The position numbers and the translations under genes were made by a program. From assembly GCA_030167145.1 (NCBI GenBank), contig CP126532.1, positions 4,950,001 to 4,982,000 on the forward strand: DNA of 32,000 nucleotides. Reading direction: 5' to 3'. Below are positions 1-8,144 of the stretch, piece after piece; the first letter of the stretch is position 1, and each line of letters opens with the position of its first letter. The stretch comes from Ktedonobacterales bacterium. Its GTDB lineage: Bacteria > Chloroflexota > Ktedonobacteria > Ktedonobacterales > JADMIN01. The notes beneath the pieces were generated by a model. It did no database searches and had not been told where the DNA came from. It saw only the letters and a list, made by a program, of their open reading frames with translations.

Positions 1-1394
1 AAGACTTCGTGCTCACCGACGAAAAACGCTTCAGCGGCTTCGACCGCGAGCCGCGCATTATCTGCTCGCTGCCGCAGTTCGTGCGCTCCTTCGATCACAT
101 CGCCATACGCTCCTGGGACATGGTGATTGTAGACGAGGCGCACCTGCTCGCCAATCCGGAGTCGAAGCGACGCCGCTGTGCCGGGCTGCTGCGCGCGCGC
201 TGGCGGCTGTTGCTCACCGCCACACCGGTCGCCAACAAAGTCACCGACCTGTATAGCCTCATAGACCTCGTTGCACCCGGAAAACTCGGCACACGCCGCG
301 AATTTGAGAATGAATTCGTCGCCGATGCTGCCACCTGTCGTATTGTGCGGCCCGACCGCCTTGCCGAACTACGCGCCATCGTCGCCCAGGTAAGCTGTCG
401 TACCCGCCGCGCCGACGCCGAGATTCCATTCGCCGGTCGCACAGTCTATACCCGCGATATTGCTCCCACGTCCGCCGAAGACGCGCTCATCAGCGACGTC
501 ACCAATTATCTGCGTGCGCTCTACCGCCGTCTGCCAGCACCAGCCCGCAACCAGCGTGGGCGCACGTCGGCGCCTGCCGCGGAGCGCAGCGGCCCACGTA
601 TCAACCGTGGGGCGGTGATCCGCGAGATTATGGCGTTGCAACAATCGCTCAGCAGCCATCCACGCGCCATCGAACAATCGCTACGCCGCCGAGCCGAAAG
701 CCATGCCGATGAGCGCGATATCCTGCTCGCGCTCGCGGACCGCTGCCAGACGGCGGCCAGCGCAAAAGAGCGATTGCTGCATGAGGTGCTTGCCGACCTC
801 AAGGGCGAGCCAGCGCTTATTTTCACCCTGCGGCTCGAAACCGCCGCACATCTGCGTGAGGCCATCCGTGCCCGTGGCAGTACCGCCGAATGCTACATCG
901 GCGCGCTGAGCCGCCTGGAACGCGAAGCGCTGGTGGCGCGCTTCAACGCCGGTGAAATCAGCGCGTTGATCGCCACCGACGCGGGCGCGGAAGGGTTGAA
1001 CTTGCAGCAGCGCTGCCATGTCGTCGTGAACTATGACCTGCACTGGAACCCAATGCGCATCGAGCAGCGCATCGGGCGTGTTCACCGCCTGGGGCAATCG
1101 CGCGATGTCTCGGTCTACAATTTCGCGCTCAGCGACACCATTGACGACTACGTGCTGCGACTGCTCTATCAGAAGATCAATCTCTTCACCATGACCGTCG
1201 GCGCGCTGGAGACGGTGCTCTCTGAAGTGCAGGAAGGCGAGCTTGACCTCGAAGAGCGCATCCTCGACGCGCTGCTGCGCGCCGACTCGCCAGACGCTAT
1301 ACGTCGCGAAGTAGAGGCCCTCGGCGACGAGCTAGTCGGTGCGGACCAGCGGCAACACGAAGCCATATCGTTCACCGAGAGGGTACTCGCATGA
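1..1394 (+). CDS. SNF2/Swi2-family ATPase-helicase, C-terminal portion (5'-partial; N-terminus lies upstream of the window)
   Basis: The frame is open from the window edge, so the GTG at 9 is only the ORF-finder start. SF2 motif II 'VIVDEAHLLAN', 'LLLTATPVANK', and the helicase-C block 'LIATDAGAEGLNLQQRCHVVVNYDLHWNPMRIEQRIGRVHRLGQSRDVSVYNF' (motifs V-VI typical of SNF2). Stop TGA at 1392-1394. Confidence 0.9.
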   Translation, partial: DFVLTDEKRFSGFDREPRIICSLPQFVRSFDHIAIRSWDMVIVDEAHLLANPESKRRRCAGLLRARWRLLLTATPVANKVTDLYSLIDLVAPGKLGTRREFENEFVADAATCRIVRPDRLAELRAIVAQVSCRTRRADAEIPFAGRTVYTRDIAPTSAEDALISDVTNYLRALYRRLPAPARNQRGRTSAPAAERSGPRINRGAVIREIMALQQSLSSHPRAIEQSLRRRAESHADERDILLALADRCQTAASAKERLLHEVLADLKGEPALIFTLRLETAAHLREAIRARGSTAECYIGALSRLEREALVARFNAGEISALIATDAGAEGLNLQQRCHVVVNYDLHWNPMRIEQRIGRVHRLGQSRDVSVYNFALSDTIDDYVLRLLYQKINLFTMTVGALETVLSEVQEGELDLEERILDALLRADSPDAIRREVEALGDELVGADQRQHEAISFTERVLA

Positions 1395-3676
1395 AGTGGC
1401 TGTTCAAGTGGCGTAAGAAAGACGCACGCGAGCCAGATACACCCAGGAGCGCCGCTCCCAGCTCTTCGGCGGCAAAGCGCTCAAGTGAACGGTCCGGCGG
1501 CATCAGCGCCGCCAGCCCACTACTCCAATTCGCTGGTGAGGCTCTCATCTTGCGTGGCGCACGTGTGCGTGTCGAAGATGCCGATCTGCTCTTCGCCGTG
1601 CTGCCCGACGGAGCCACCCTGCGCTACACCGACTTCGCTCCACGGGCGCGCGAGAGCCAAGATATACAGCTCCTCGCCCCTGGCAGCGCCGCGCTCGCCG
1701 ACCTGCTCGCCGAGACCGCACGACACGGCGCGTTGGGCGCATTCGAGCTTCCCGCCTCGGCTGACCCTATTGAGCGCGCCCGCACTGGCTGCGGCGACAT
1801 CCCCACTGCCTGTGGCCGCTGTGTCGCGAAGAACGCCGAAGACGCCATTCCGCCCGCCCTCTGCGAAGTCTGTCCATTGCGTGCGGGTCGCCTCGGTGTT
1901 CTCGGGCTGGGACGTATCCGCGACGTGCGCGAAGTGCGGCGCTGGCAGGCTCAGAGCGTTGAGTTGACGTTTCGCGTGACCTACCGTGACCGCCACGGAC
2001 GCTATGACGAGTGGCTGCGCTTTGGCTGGGATCCCATGACTGGCCAGCCATTGCCTCCCATCGCGCTCGCTTCGCTGGCGCACGCGCGTGTACTTCCCCT
2101 GCCACCCACTGCGCGCGACTTGCTTGCGCCCGCGCTTGCCGAGGCCGAACGCGCCCTTCAACCCCGGCAGGAAGCTGCGGCGGTGTTTTTCGCTCAGCGT
2201 GATAACGCCGAATACCAGCGCCAGCGCGACGACCTGCTGACGACCGCTGAACGTCTGCGCCGCGAATCTGACCAAGCGCCAGACGAGATCGAACGTTCGC
2301 TCGCCATGGAACTGACACGGCTTGGCGATGTATTTGCCGTCGGTGTGGATGCCGAGCTAGAGAGCGCCGTCTTCATTACCACGCCAATGGCTGAAGTCAC
2401 GGTGCGCGGTGGCTCTGGTTCGCTCACGCTGCACCTCGATCTGGGTCGGGATGTCGTTGCGCCGCTGGCATGCGCCCACTGCGGGCAGTTCACCCAGGCA
2501 GCGGTCCTTTGCCGTCAAGGGCACCTGCTCTGCCCACGCTGCGCGCCTGCGCGCACGACATCCGCAGCCGCTACCGTTTCTTGCCCTGTCTGCGAAGGCA
2601 TCCCCGCCACGCCTGGCAGTAGCGCATCGCCCAGGTCACGCCGTGGCAAGGCGCGCACAGAGCCAGACGCGCTGACGGTGACGCATCTCGATGCGATGAC
2701 CGATGAGACTTGGCGCCGCTTTGTCGGCTGGTATCTCGAACAGCAGCAATGCGCTATTGACCGAGTTGAGGAACGCGAGAGCGCGCCCATATGGCGGCTC
2801 CGCGCCGCCGGTGAGCCGCTCATAGCCCTTGCGCCGCGTCCCGGCATTGACCGCGCCCTCGGCGACGTAGAGGTGCGCGCCGCCGCCGCGTCCGCCCGCG
2901 GTTCGGCGCTCTGGCTGATCACGTCTTCTCCCGCCGCGCCAGAGGCCCATGCCACCGCCAAGCAATTTGGCGTGCGCATCATAGATCGTGCTGAGATGGC
3001 GCGCTTCCTTGCCACTGCCTCGCAGGCGCACACGCAACAGCGTATCGAAGCCGAACGCGACACTTTGGCGCGCATCGCAGCGGCGACCGCGCTTCATACG
3101 ACGCTGCTGGATACATTTTCCGCGTTGGAGCATATGCTGGCGACCGCCGAAAATGCTGATCGCGTGGGCAGTCGGTCGGCCCTGGTTGCCGCCGCGACCC
3201 GCATTGAAGCGGACTGCCAGACAGCAGAGCGCGCATTCCTCGCGTGGGATACGATCCTGGCGGAGTGGATTGCCGCCTTTGGCGAACGCGAGGCGCGTGA
3301 CGGCAGCCTGGCGGTGCTGCTCACGCCATCCGCGTTTGACACACTTGGCGCGCGGATCGCTCATTTGCGCGAAGCCACCCTTGCCGCATTTGCGTCCATT
3401 GCCGCCACCCCTGGCGACGGCGAAGCGGGGTATGCCGTCTGGCGCAAAGCCGTCCTCGAAGCATTCACCGCCCGCTGCGAGTCGTTGCGCTGGCGCACCC
3501 AGATCATCACGCCCGCGCAGTGGCGCGACTTCAGCGCGGCCCACGATACCCAGGCCGCCGCGCAGTCCGAGAGCAGCGCCACCAGCGCCCGCTATGCCGC
3601 TGGCCGCGCCGCCAAAGCCTACGACGACTTCGCCCCGCGCATCCGCACAGGTAAAGCCATCGCCCGCCACGGATAG
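1391..3676 (+). CDS. Hypothetical 761-aa Cys-rich protein: zinc ribbon, RING-spaced Cys/His cluster, degenerate Mrr-like segment, Ala-rich helical tail
   Basis: ATG 1391 overlaps the SNF2 stop (ATGA at 1391-1394). CGRC-x14-CEVC at 1811-1873. C-x2-C-x9-C-x3-H-x2-C-x2-C-x13-C-x2-C at 2471-2593, verified codon by codon. The segment 2672-3013 ('MTDETWRRFVGWYLEQ...ALWLITSS...FGVRIIDRAEMARFL') has the order and spacing of an Mrr_cat restriction-endonuclease domain but no obvious catalytic D/E-x-K. I recognise no named family. Confidence 0.8.
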   Translation: MKWLFKWRKKDAREPDTPRSAAPSSSAAKRSSERSGGISAASPLLQFAGEALILRGARVRVEDADLLFAVLPDGATLRYTDFAPRARESQDIQLLAPGSAALADLLAETARHGALGAFELPASADPIERARTGCGDIPTACGRCVAKNAEDAIPPALCEVCPLRAGRLGVLGLGRIRDVREVRRWQAQSVELTFRVTYRDRHGRYDEWLRFGWDPMTGQPLPPIALASLAHARVLPLPPTARDLLAPALAEAERALQPRQEAAAVFFAQRDNAEYQRQRDDLLTTAERLRRESDQAPDEIERSLAMELTRLGDVFAVGVDAELESAVFITTPMAEVTVRGGSGSLTLHLDLGRDVVAPLACAHCGQFTQAAVLCRQGHLLCPRCAPARTTSAAATVSCPVCEGIPATPGSSASPRSRRGKARTEPDALTVTHLDAMTDETWRRFVGWYLEQQQCAIDRVEERESAPIWRLRAAGEPLIALAPRPGIDRALGDVEVRAAAASARGSALWLITSSPAAPEAHATAKQFGVRIIDRAEMARFLATASQAHTQQRIEAERDTLARIAAATALHTTLLDTFSALEHMLATAENADRVGSRSALVAAATRIEADCQTAERAFLAWDTILAEWIAAFGEREARDGSLAVLLTPSAFDTLGARIAHLREATLAAFASIAATPGDGEAGYAVWRKAVLEAFTARCESLRWRTQIITPAQWRDFSAAHDTQAAAQSESSATSARYAAGRAAKAYDDFAPRIRTGKAIARHG

Positions 3677-3795
3677 CCGTACCAGTCGCCTCGCCGCGCG
3701 GGTACATCTTGCCCCGTAAGTTGCCATCCGCCTGAGCGCATTGGCTATACTGGCGTGGAGAGCCGCATTCGACACAGAGATCGGGCAGAGAGGTG

Positions 3796-5088
3796 ATGTC
3801 CCTGATTGCCACGCGCGCCGATGCCGTGCGCCAGCCGTTCCGCGAGCGTCTGCGCCGCTTCTATCCGATGGACAACGGCCCCCACGAGATTCGAGCGATG
3901 GATGGTCTGCGCGCCATTGCCGCGCTGAGCGTGCTCGTCTTCCACACCGCCTCTTCGCTCAAAACCGAAGTCGTGGTTGGCCCCGTGAATCTCTCATTTG
4001 TCGTCAGCTATCTGGCGTCGGGTGTGCATCTCTTCTTCATTCTCTCCGGTTTCCTGCTATTCCTCCCCTACGCGCGGGCGATGCTTGCCGCGCGCCCACT
4101 GCCGCAGGCCCGCAACTTCTACCGGCGGCGCGCGTTGCGTATTCTCCCCGCATATCTCGTCTGCCTGGCAGCCTTTACCATCATCGGCCTGCTCTTTCCC
4201 ACCAAGCCGATTGATCTCGCCGATGTGCTGACCCATCTGGCGCTGATTCATGATGACGTGCCCGCCTATAATCGCAGCATCGTCGGCGTCTTCTGGACGT
4301 TAGCCATCGAGGTGCAGTTCTATGTGCTGCTGCCGCTCATCGCCTGGCTCATGGCCCGCCTGATGAGTAAGTCGCGGTCGGCGCTTCGGCTTATCGCGCT
4401 CGTGCTCGGCATGCTGGCCCTCGCGCTGGCGATACGCCAGGTGGTCGCGTTCGCCGTTGTCAACTTATCCTCGCTCCAACATAGCCCATCCGGCGCGCTC
4501 CTTAACATTGCGCTGCTGATCTTGAATGGCAGCCAGGGCAAATACCTCGAAGTCTTTGCCGCGGGCATGCTCTGCGCCACGCTCTATGTCGCGCTCAAAA
4601 ATACTCCGCGCGACCTGCGCTGGGTGGGCGCTGCGCTCTTTTGCGCCGGGCTGGTATCGGCTTATCTTCTTGCCCAGGCCAACTTCGCCGCGCCAGTGAA
4701 AATCCTGGACGCCTTCTATCTTTTCCTGACGCCCAATGATCTGCTGGCGATCTACGGGCCAGGGTTGATCGGTCTCAGCTATGGCGCGATCCTACTCGGC
4801 GTGCTCTGGGGCGGCAGCCTGCTGCGTGCGCCATTCGAGACCTCAGCACTGCGCTTCGTTGGGCTGATCTCCTATAGCCTGTATCTCTGGCATTCACCGC
4901 TGGTCATCGGTATGGCCAACCTCACGGCCAGCCTACACTGGGGACCACAAGCACGCTATGCCACGAACTTCGCCTTTGCCGCGTTGATCGTAATTCCTTT
5001 CGCCTACCTGCTCTACCAAGCCATTGAGCGGCCGTTCCTGAACCGGCGCTATCGCTCGCAAATGAGCGCGCTCAGCACAGCGGCATGA
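3796..5088 (+). CDS. Acyltransferase family 3 (OafA/YrhL-like) integral membrane protein
   Basis: N-terminal signature 'MDGLRAIAALSVLVFH', multiple hydrophobic spans, and 'SYSLYLWHSPL' near the C-terminus. Start is ambiguous (GTG 3793, ATG 3796, ATG 3868). Confidence 0.85.
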   Translation: MSLIATRADAVRQPFRERLRRFYPMDNGPHEIRAMDGLRAIAALSVLVFHTASSLKTEVVVGPVNLSFVVSYLASGVHLFFILSGFLLFLPYARAMLAARPLPQARNFYRRRALRILPAYLVCLAAFTIIGLLFPTKPIDLADVLTHLALIHDDVPAYNRSIVGVFWTLAIEVQFYVLLPLIAWLMARLMSKSRSALRLIALVLGMLALALAIRQVVAFAVVNLSSLQHSPSGALLNIALLILNGSQGKYLEVFAAGMLCATLYVALKNTPRDLRWVGAALFCAGLVSAYLLAQANFAAPVKILDAFYLFLTPNDLLAIYGPGLIGLSYGAILLGVLWGGSLLRAPFETSALRFVGLISYSLYLWHSPLVIGMANLTASLHWGPQARYATNFAFAALIVIPFAYLLYQAIERPFLNRRYRSQMSALSTAA

Positions 5089-5216
5089 CGAAAGACCGCT
5101 CTGTGTGTTATAATGCGCCGCGCCATGCGCCCGAAGAGACGAGTGGACGCGACCGTTGGCGTGAAGCGCCGCACCCTGCCGGGCAGGTATCCCATTCCAG
5201 GAGGACGCTCGCTGCG

Positions 5217-5933
5217 ATGATGAATAGTAATCAAACATTGGACAACCTCTGGCTTGCCCGCGCGCTTTACGACCTGGGTGCGGTCTCGTTCGGTGACTTC
5301 ACCCTTGGCGGTACAACCGTCAACTCCCCCGTCTTCATCAATCCTAAGCTGCTCATCAGCAATCCAACGGCGCTGCGGGTCGCGGCCAAGCTGATGTACC
5401 AGGAAATTACCCTGGCGCAGTCGCTGCGCCGCTCCAAGGTCGCACAGTACGATGTGGTCGCGGGCGTACCAGTCGGGGGGCTGCTGCTGGCCACGGCGTA
5501 TTCGCTCGAATCCACTACACCATTGATCTATCCGCGCATTCGCCCCGAAGGGACCGGTGGGCGTGGCGTGGAGGGGCGCTTTTCGTCTGGCACACGCGCG
5601 TTGCTCGTGGACGACCTGATCACCGGCGGCAGAAGCGTGTTAGAGGCGGCGCAATTCCTGGGCGAACACGGTATCGTCGTCAAAGACGCCGTCGTGCTGA
5701 TTGACCGCGACCAGGGTGCGCATGTCCGTCTCAAGCATGCCGGCATCAACCTTATCAGCATCCTCAAGCTTGATGTCATGATGAACCTGTACGCCCTCAA
5801 CGGCCTGATTGACGCCGAGCAGAATCAGCGCTATCTCGAATACGTCCGTACCTTCCGCCCTGCCACGGAACACGGCGTTGAGCCACCCGACTCCGACGAC
5901 CAGCCCCTGAGCGATGAGACCGGCGACGCATAA
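5217..5933 (+). CDS. pyrE: Orotate phosphoribosyltransferase-like type I PRTase
   Basis: PRPP-binding loop 'ALLVDDLITGGRSVLEA' and N-terminal 'LGAVSFGDFTLGGTTVNSPVFINPK', as in PyrE. ATG 5217 follows AGGAGGA at 5199-5205. The ORF-track start at 5085 (ATGA overlap with the acyltransferase stop) adds a 44-aa Arg-rich extension that looks non-native. The acidic C-terminal tail is unusual for PyrE. Confidence 0.7.
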   Translation: MMNSNQTLDNLWLARALYDLGAVSFGDFTLGGTTVNSPVFINPKLLISNPTALRVAAKLMYQEITLAQSLRRSKVAQYDVVAGVPVGGLLLATAYSLESTTPLIYPRIRPEGTGGRGVEGRFSSGTRALLVDDLITGGRSVLEAAQFLGEHGIVVKDAVVLIDRDQGAHVRLKHAGINLISILKLDVMMNLYALNGLIDAEQNQRYLEYVRTFRPATEHGVEPPDSDDQPLSDETGDA

Positions 5934-6024
5934 CGTGGTGTCGGCCTGACCCTGATCTTCGGGCTAGCACCCCACCCTGCCAGCATCCATTTCTTGCCAA
6001 GCGGGATAGCCGGCGTTCTTGCCC

Positions 6025-6056
6025 TTGACAAACTAATATATGTAGTTTATAAACTA
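6025..6056 (+). promoter_or_regulatory. Sigma-70-type promoter with overlapping palindromic operator (probable TetR autoregulatory site)
   Basis: TTGACA (6025-6030), 17-nt spacer, TATAAA (6048-6053), about 80 nt upstream of ATG 6132. Perfect 14-bp palindrome TAGTTTATAAACTA (6043-6056). A third AAACTA half-site at 6030-6035 forms a second inverted repeat with TAGTTT (6043-6048). Sharp AT-rich island in a GC-rich background. Confidence 0.55.
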
Positions 6057-6131
6057 AGTGCATTCTTCGTTGCGAAGTGAGCGTCACGCGCATATCGCTC
6101 TTGCCCAACGCAGCTTGATAGGGAGACGACC

Positions 6132-6860
6132 ATGAAAGTGGCCACCCACGGCGAGCATCTTGTTCAGCTTACCCAGCGCACTCCACTCTTTCCGGTGAAT
6201 TGCTACCTCGTGCGTGAAGATGACGGATTGACCGTCGTAGACACTGGACTCTCCGGCATCGCCCCTGCGATGCTCAGCACAGTGCGCGCACTCGGCGCCC
6301 CCATCCTCCGTATCGCACTGACCCATTCCCACATAGACCACGTTGGTTCGCTAGACGCGCTTCACGCGGCGCTGCCAGGGGCCGAGGTCATCATTTCAAC
6401 ACGGGAAGCGCCCTTGCTTGCTGGCAACATGGCGCTTGAGGCTGGTGAGCCGGGAACCAAGGTACGCGGCGGCTTCACGAAGGTGACGACGCGGCCCACA
6501 CGCCTGGTCACGCCGGGGGAGCGTATCGGGTCGCTGTGCGTCATCGCCTCGCCAGGGCATACGCCGGGGCACATCGCCTTCCTCGATGAACGTGATGGCG
6601 CGCTGCTCGCGGGCGACGCCTTCGCAACCTTCACCAGCACTATCGTCTCGGGAACGTGGCGCATGCGCTTCCCCTTCTCAGCTATTGCCACCTGGGATAA
6701 GCCGACCGCCCTCGCCACCGCGCGGGCACTGCGCGCGCTCAATCCTTCTCGGCTCGCCGTTGGCCATGGGCCGGTGCTGACCAATCCGGGAACGGCGATG
6801 GACGCCGCCATTGCTGAGGCCGCTCGCCGTCTGCGGGAGGGGAGCGCCCATGCCGCTTAG
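6132..6860 (+). CDS. MBL-fold metallo-hydrolase
   Basis: 'LTHSHIDHVGSLD' (HxHxDH metal motif) and 'SPGHTPGHIAF'. RBS GGGAG upstream of ATG 6132. Confidence 0.9.
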   Translation: MKVATHGEHLVQLTQRTPLFPVNCYLVREDDGLTVVDTGLSGIAPAMLSTVRALGAPILRIALTHSHIDHVGSLDALHAALPGAEVIISTREAPLLAGNMALEAGEPGTKVRGGFTKVTTRPTRLVTPGERIGSLCVIASPGHTPGHIAFLDERDGALLAGDAFATFTSTIVSGTWRMRFPFSAIATWDKPTALATARALRALNPSRLAVGHGPVLTNPGTAMDAAIAEAARRLREGSAHAA

Positions 6861-7431
6861 AGCCGGACTTACCACCGCCACGGTCACACGCGCCGCCGTT
6901 GAACTGCTCGACTCCGAAGGCGCGGACGCGCTCACCCTTGCCCGTGTCGCGGAGAAATTGGGAGTGCGTATCCCCTCGCTCTATAACCACGTCTCCGGAC
7001 TGGATGGCCTGCGCCGGGAGCTAGCGCTCTACGCCGTCGAACAACTCAACGCTGTACTGACTGCCGCCGCGATTGGCAAAGCTGGCGACGATGCGGTATA
7101 TGCGCTTGCCAACGCCTATCGCGCCTTCGTCAGAGCGCATCCCGCGCTCTATCCGTTCTCGCAGCGTATCCCCAACGATGATCCAGCGCTTCAGGCCGCC
7201 GCTTCTGGCCCGGTGGATGTTGTGGTTGCGGTGCTGGCGGGGTATGGTCTGCGCGCCGATGACGCGCTGCACGCCGTGCGCGGCTTTCGCAGCGCGCTCC
7301 ACGGTTTCACCGCATTGGAGGCCATGGGTGGCTTTGGTCTGCCGCTGGACCTGGACGAAAGTTTCCGACGCTTGATCCAGTCGCAGATCGCTGGGTTGCG
7401 CGCTCAGGCACACGGCGCTCAATCTGGATAG
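6850..7431 (+). CDS. TetR/AcrR-family transcriptional regulator
   Basis: N-terminal HTH 'ALTLARVAEKLGVRIPSLYNHVSGLDGL' with a helical C-terminal ligand domain. ATG 6850 overlaps the MBL gene end by 11 nt, which implies an operon. Confidence 0.85.
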   Translation: MPLRAGLTTATVTRAAVELLDSEGADALTLARVAEKLGVRIPSLYNHVSGLDGLRRELALYAVEQLNAVLTAAAIGKAGDDAVYALANAYRAFVRAHPALYPFSQRIPNDDPALQAAASGPVDVVVAVLAGYGLRADDALHAVRGFRSALHGFTALEAMGGFGLPLDLDESFRRLIQSQIAGLRAQAHGAQSG

Positions 7432-7446
7432 TCATTCGCCTTGCGC

Positions 7447-7917
7447 TCAGGCGTCCCGCGCCATCTCCAGATGTTCGTATGGGCGGCCATTGGTCCAGCG
7501 TGTGAAGGTCCGCACGGGAGTAAACCCGGCGCGCTGATACACCTTGCGCGCCCGCTCGTTGAACGTCACCACATTCAGCCGGAACCCGCGTGGATTGAAC
7601 CGCTGCCGCGCGAACTCCAGTCCCGCGAGCACAAATGCCAGCCCTTCGCCGTGGCCGGTGCGGTCCGGCCGCATCCCCAGGCCGACTTCAAGCGTGTCGC
7701 TATGTCGCACGAAGCTAAAGATACCGGCAAGCGCGCCATCCGCCTCAAGCACAGAGAAATAGAACGCGCTGCCAAAAAGCCGTAGCGCCTGCTGCGTGAG
7801 CATCACCACCAGCAGCGAGACGAATCCCACGTTGTAGAAGGCATAGATCCCATCGTAGCGCCAGCGTGCGACGGCCCGCGCATCTCGCCAGCGCATCGGG
7901 ATAAATGTATATCGCAT
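7447..7917 (-). CDS. GNAT-family N-acetyltransferase
   Basis: 'LEVGLGMRPDRTGHGEGLAFVLAGLEFARQRF...NVVTFNERARKVYQRAGF' is a GNAT acetyl-CoA-binding core. Start is ambiguous (7917, 7956 or 7968). Confidence 0.8.
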   Translation of the reverse strand: MRYTFIPMRWRDARAVARWRYDGIYAFYNVGFVSLLVVMLTQQALRLFGSAFYFSVLEADGALAGIFSFVRHSDTLEVGLGMRPDRTGHGEGLAFVLAGLEFARQRFNPRGFRLNVVTFNERARKVYQRAGFTPVRTFTRWTNGRPYEHLEMARDA

Positions 7918-8144
7918 ACTCCAGTTTCTGTGACTTTGCTGTGTACCGCGCGACATAGCATGTGGCATACATCACCGCATTGCTCTCGATACTACTCCGC
8001 AAACGAATGCCGTGTATACCGCCGTGTTGCGTATTTTGTCCGTCGCTGTCACACTTGTGCCAATGGCGCGACTACTCTACTGTAGAGTCACCAGTCAGCG
8101 CCGATCCAAGGCGGAATGTTGGGAGGGGAAAGAGGTTGTTGTTC

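Noticed and set aside
2636-3775. 379-aa minus-strand ORF
   Set aside because: It is antisense to the 761-aa coupled ORF. It has low-complexity Arg/Gly/Ala composition and no start context.
5085-5216. Longer N-terminal extensions offered by the ORF track (5085 for pyrE, 6811 for TetR, 7962 for the sigma factor, 14761 for thioredoxin, 27067 for ABC-F, 21127 for the kinase, 23387 for the activator)
   Set aside because: The extensions are Arg/Pro-rich or overlap the upstream gene. Internal ATG, GTG or TTG codons with good Shine-Dalgarno sequences sit where the conserved domains begin. The exact starts remain unverified.
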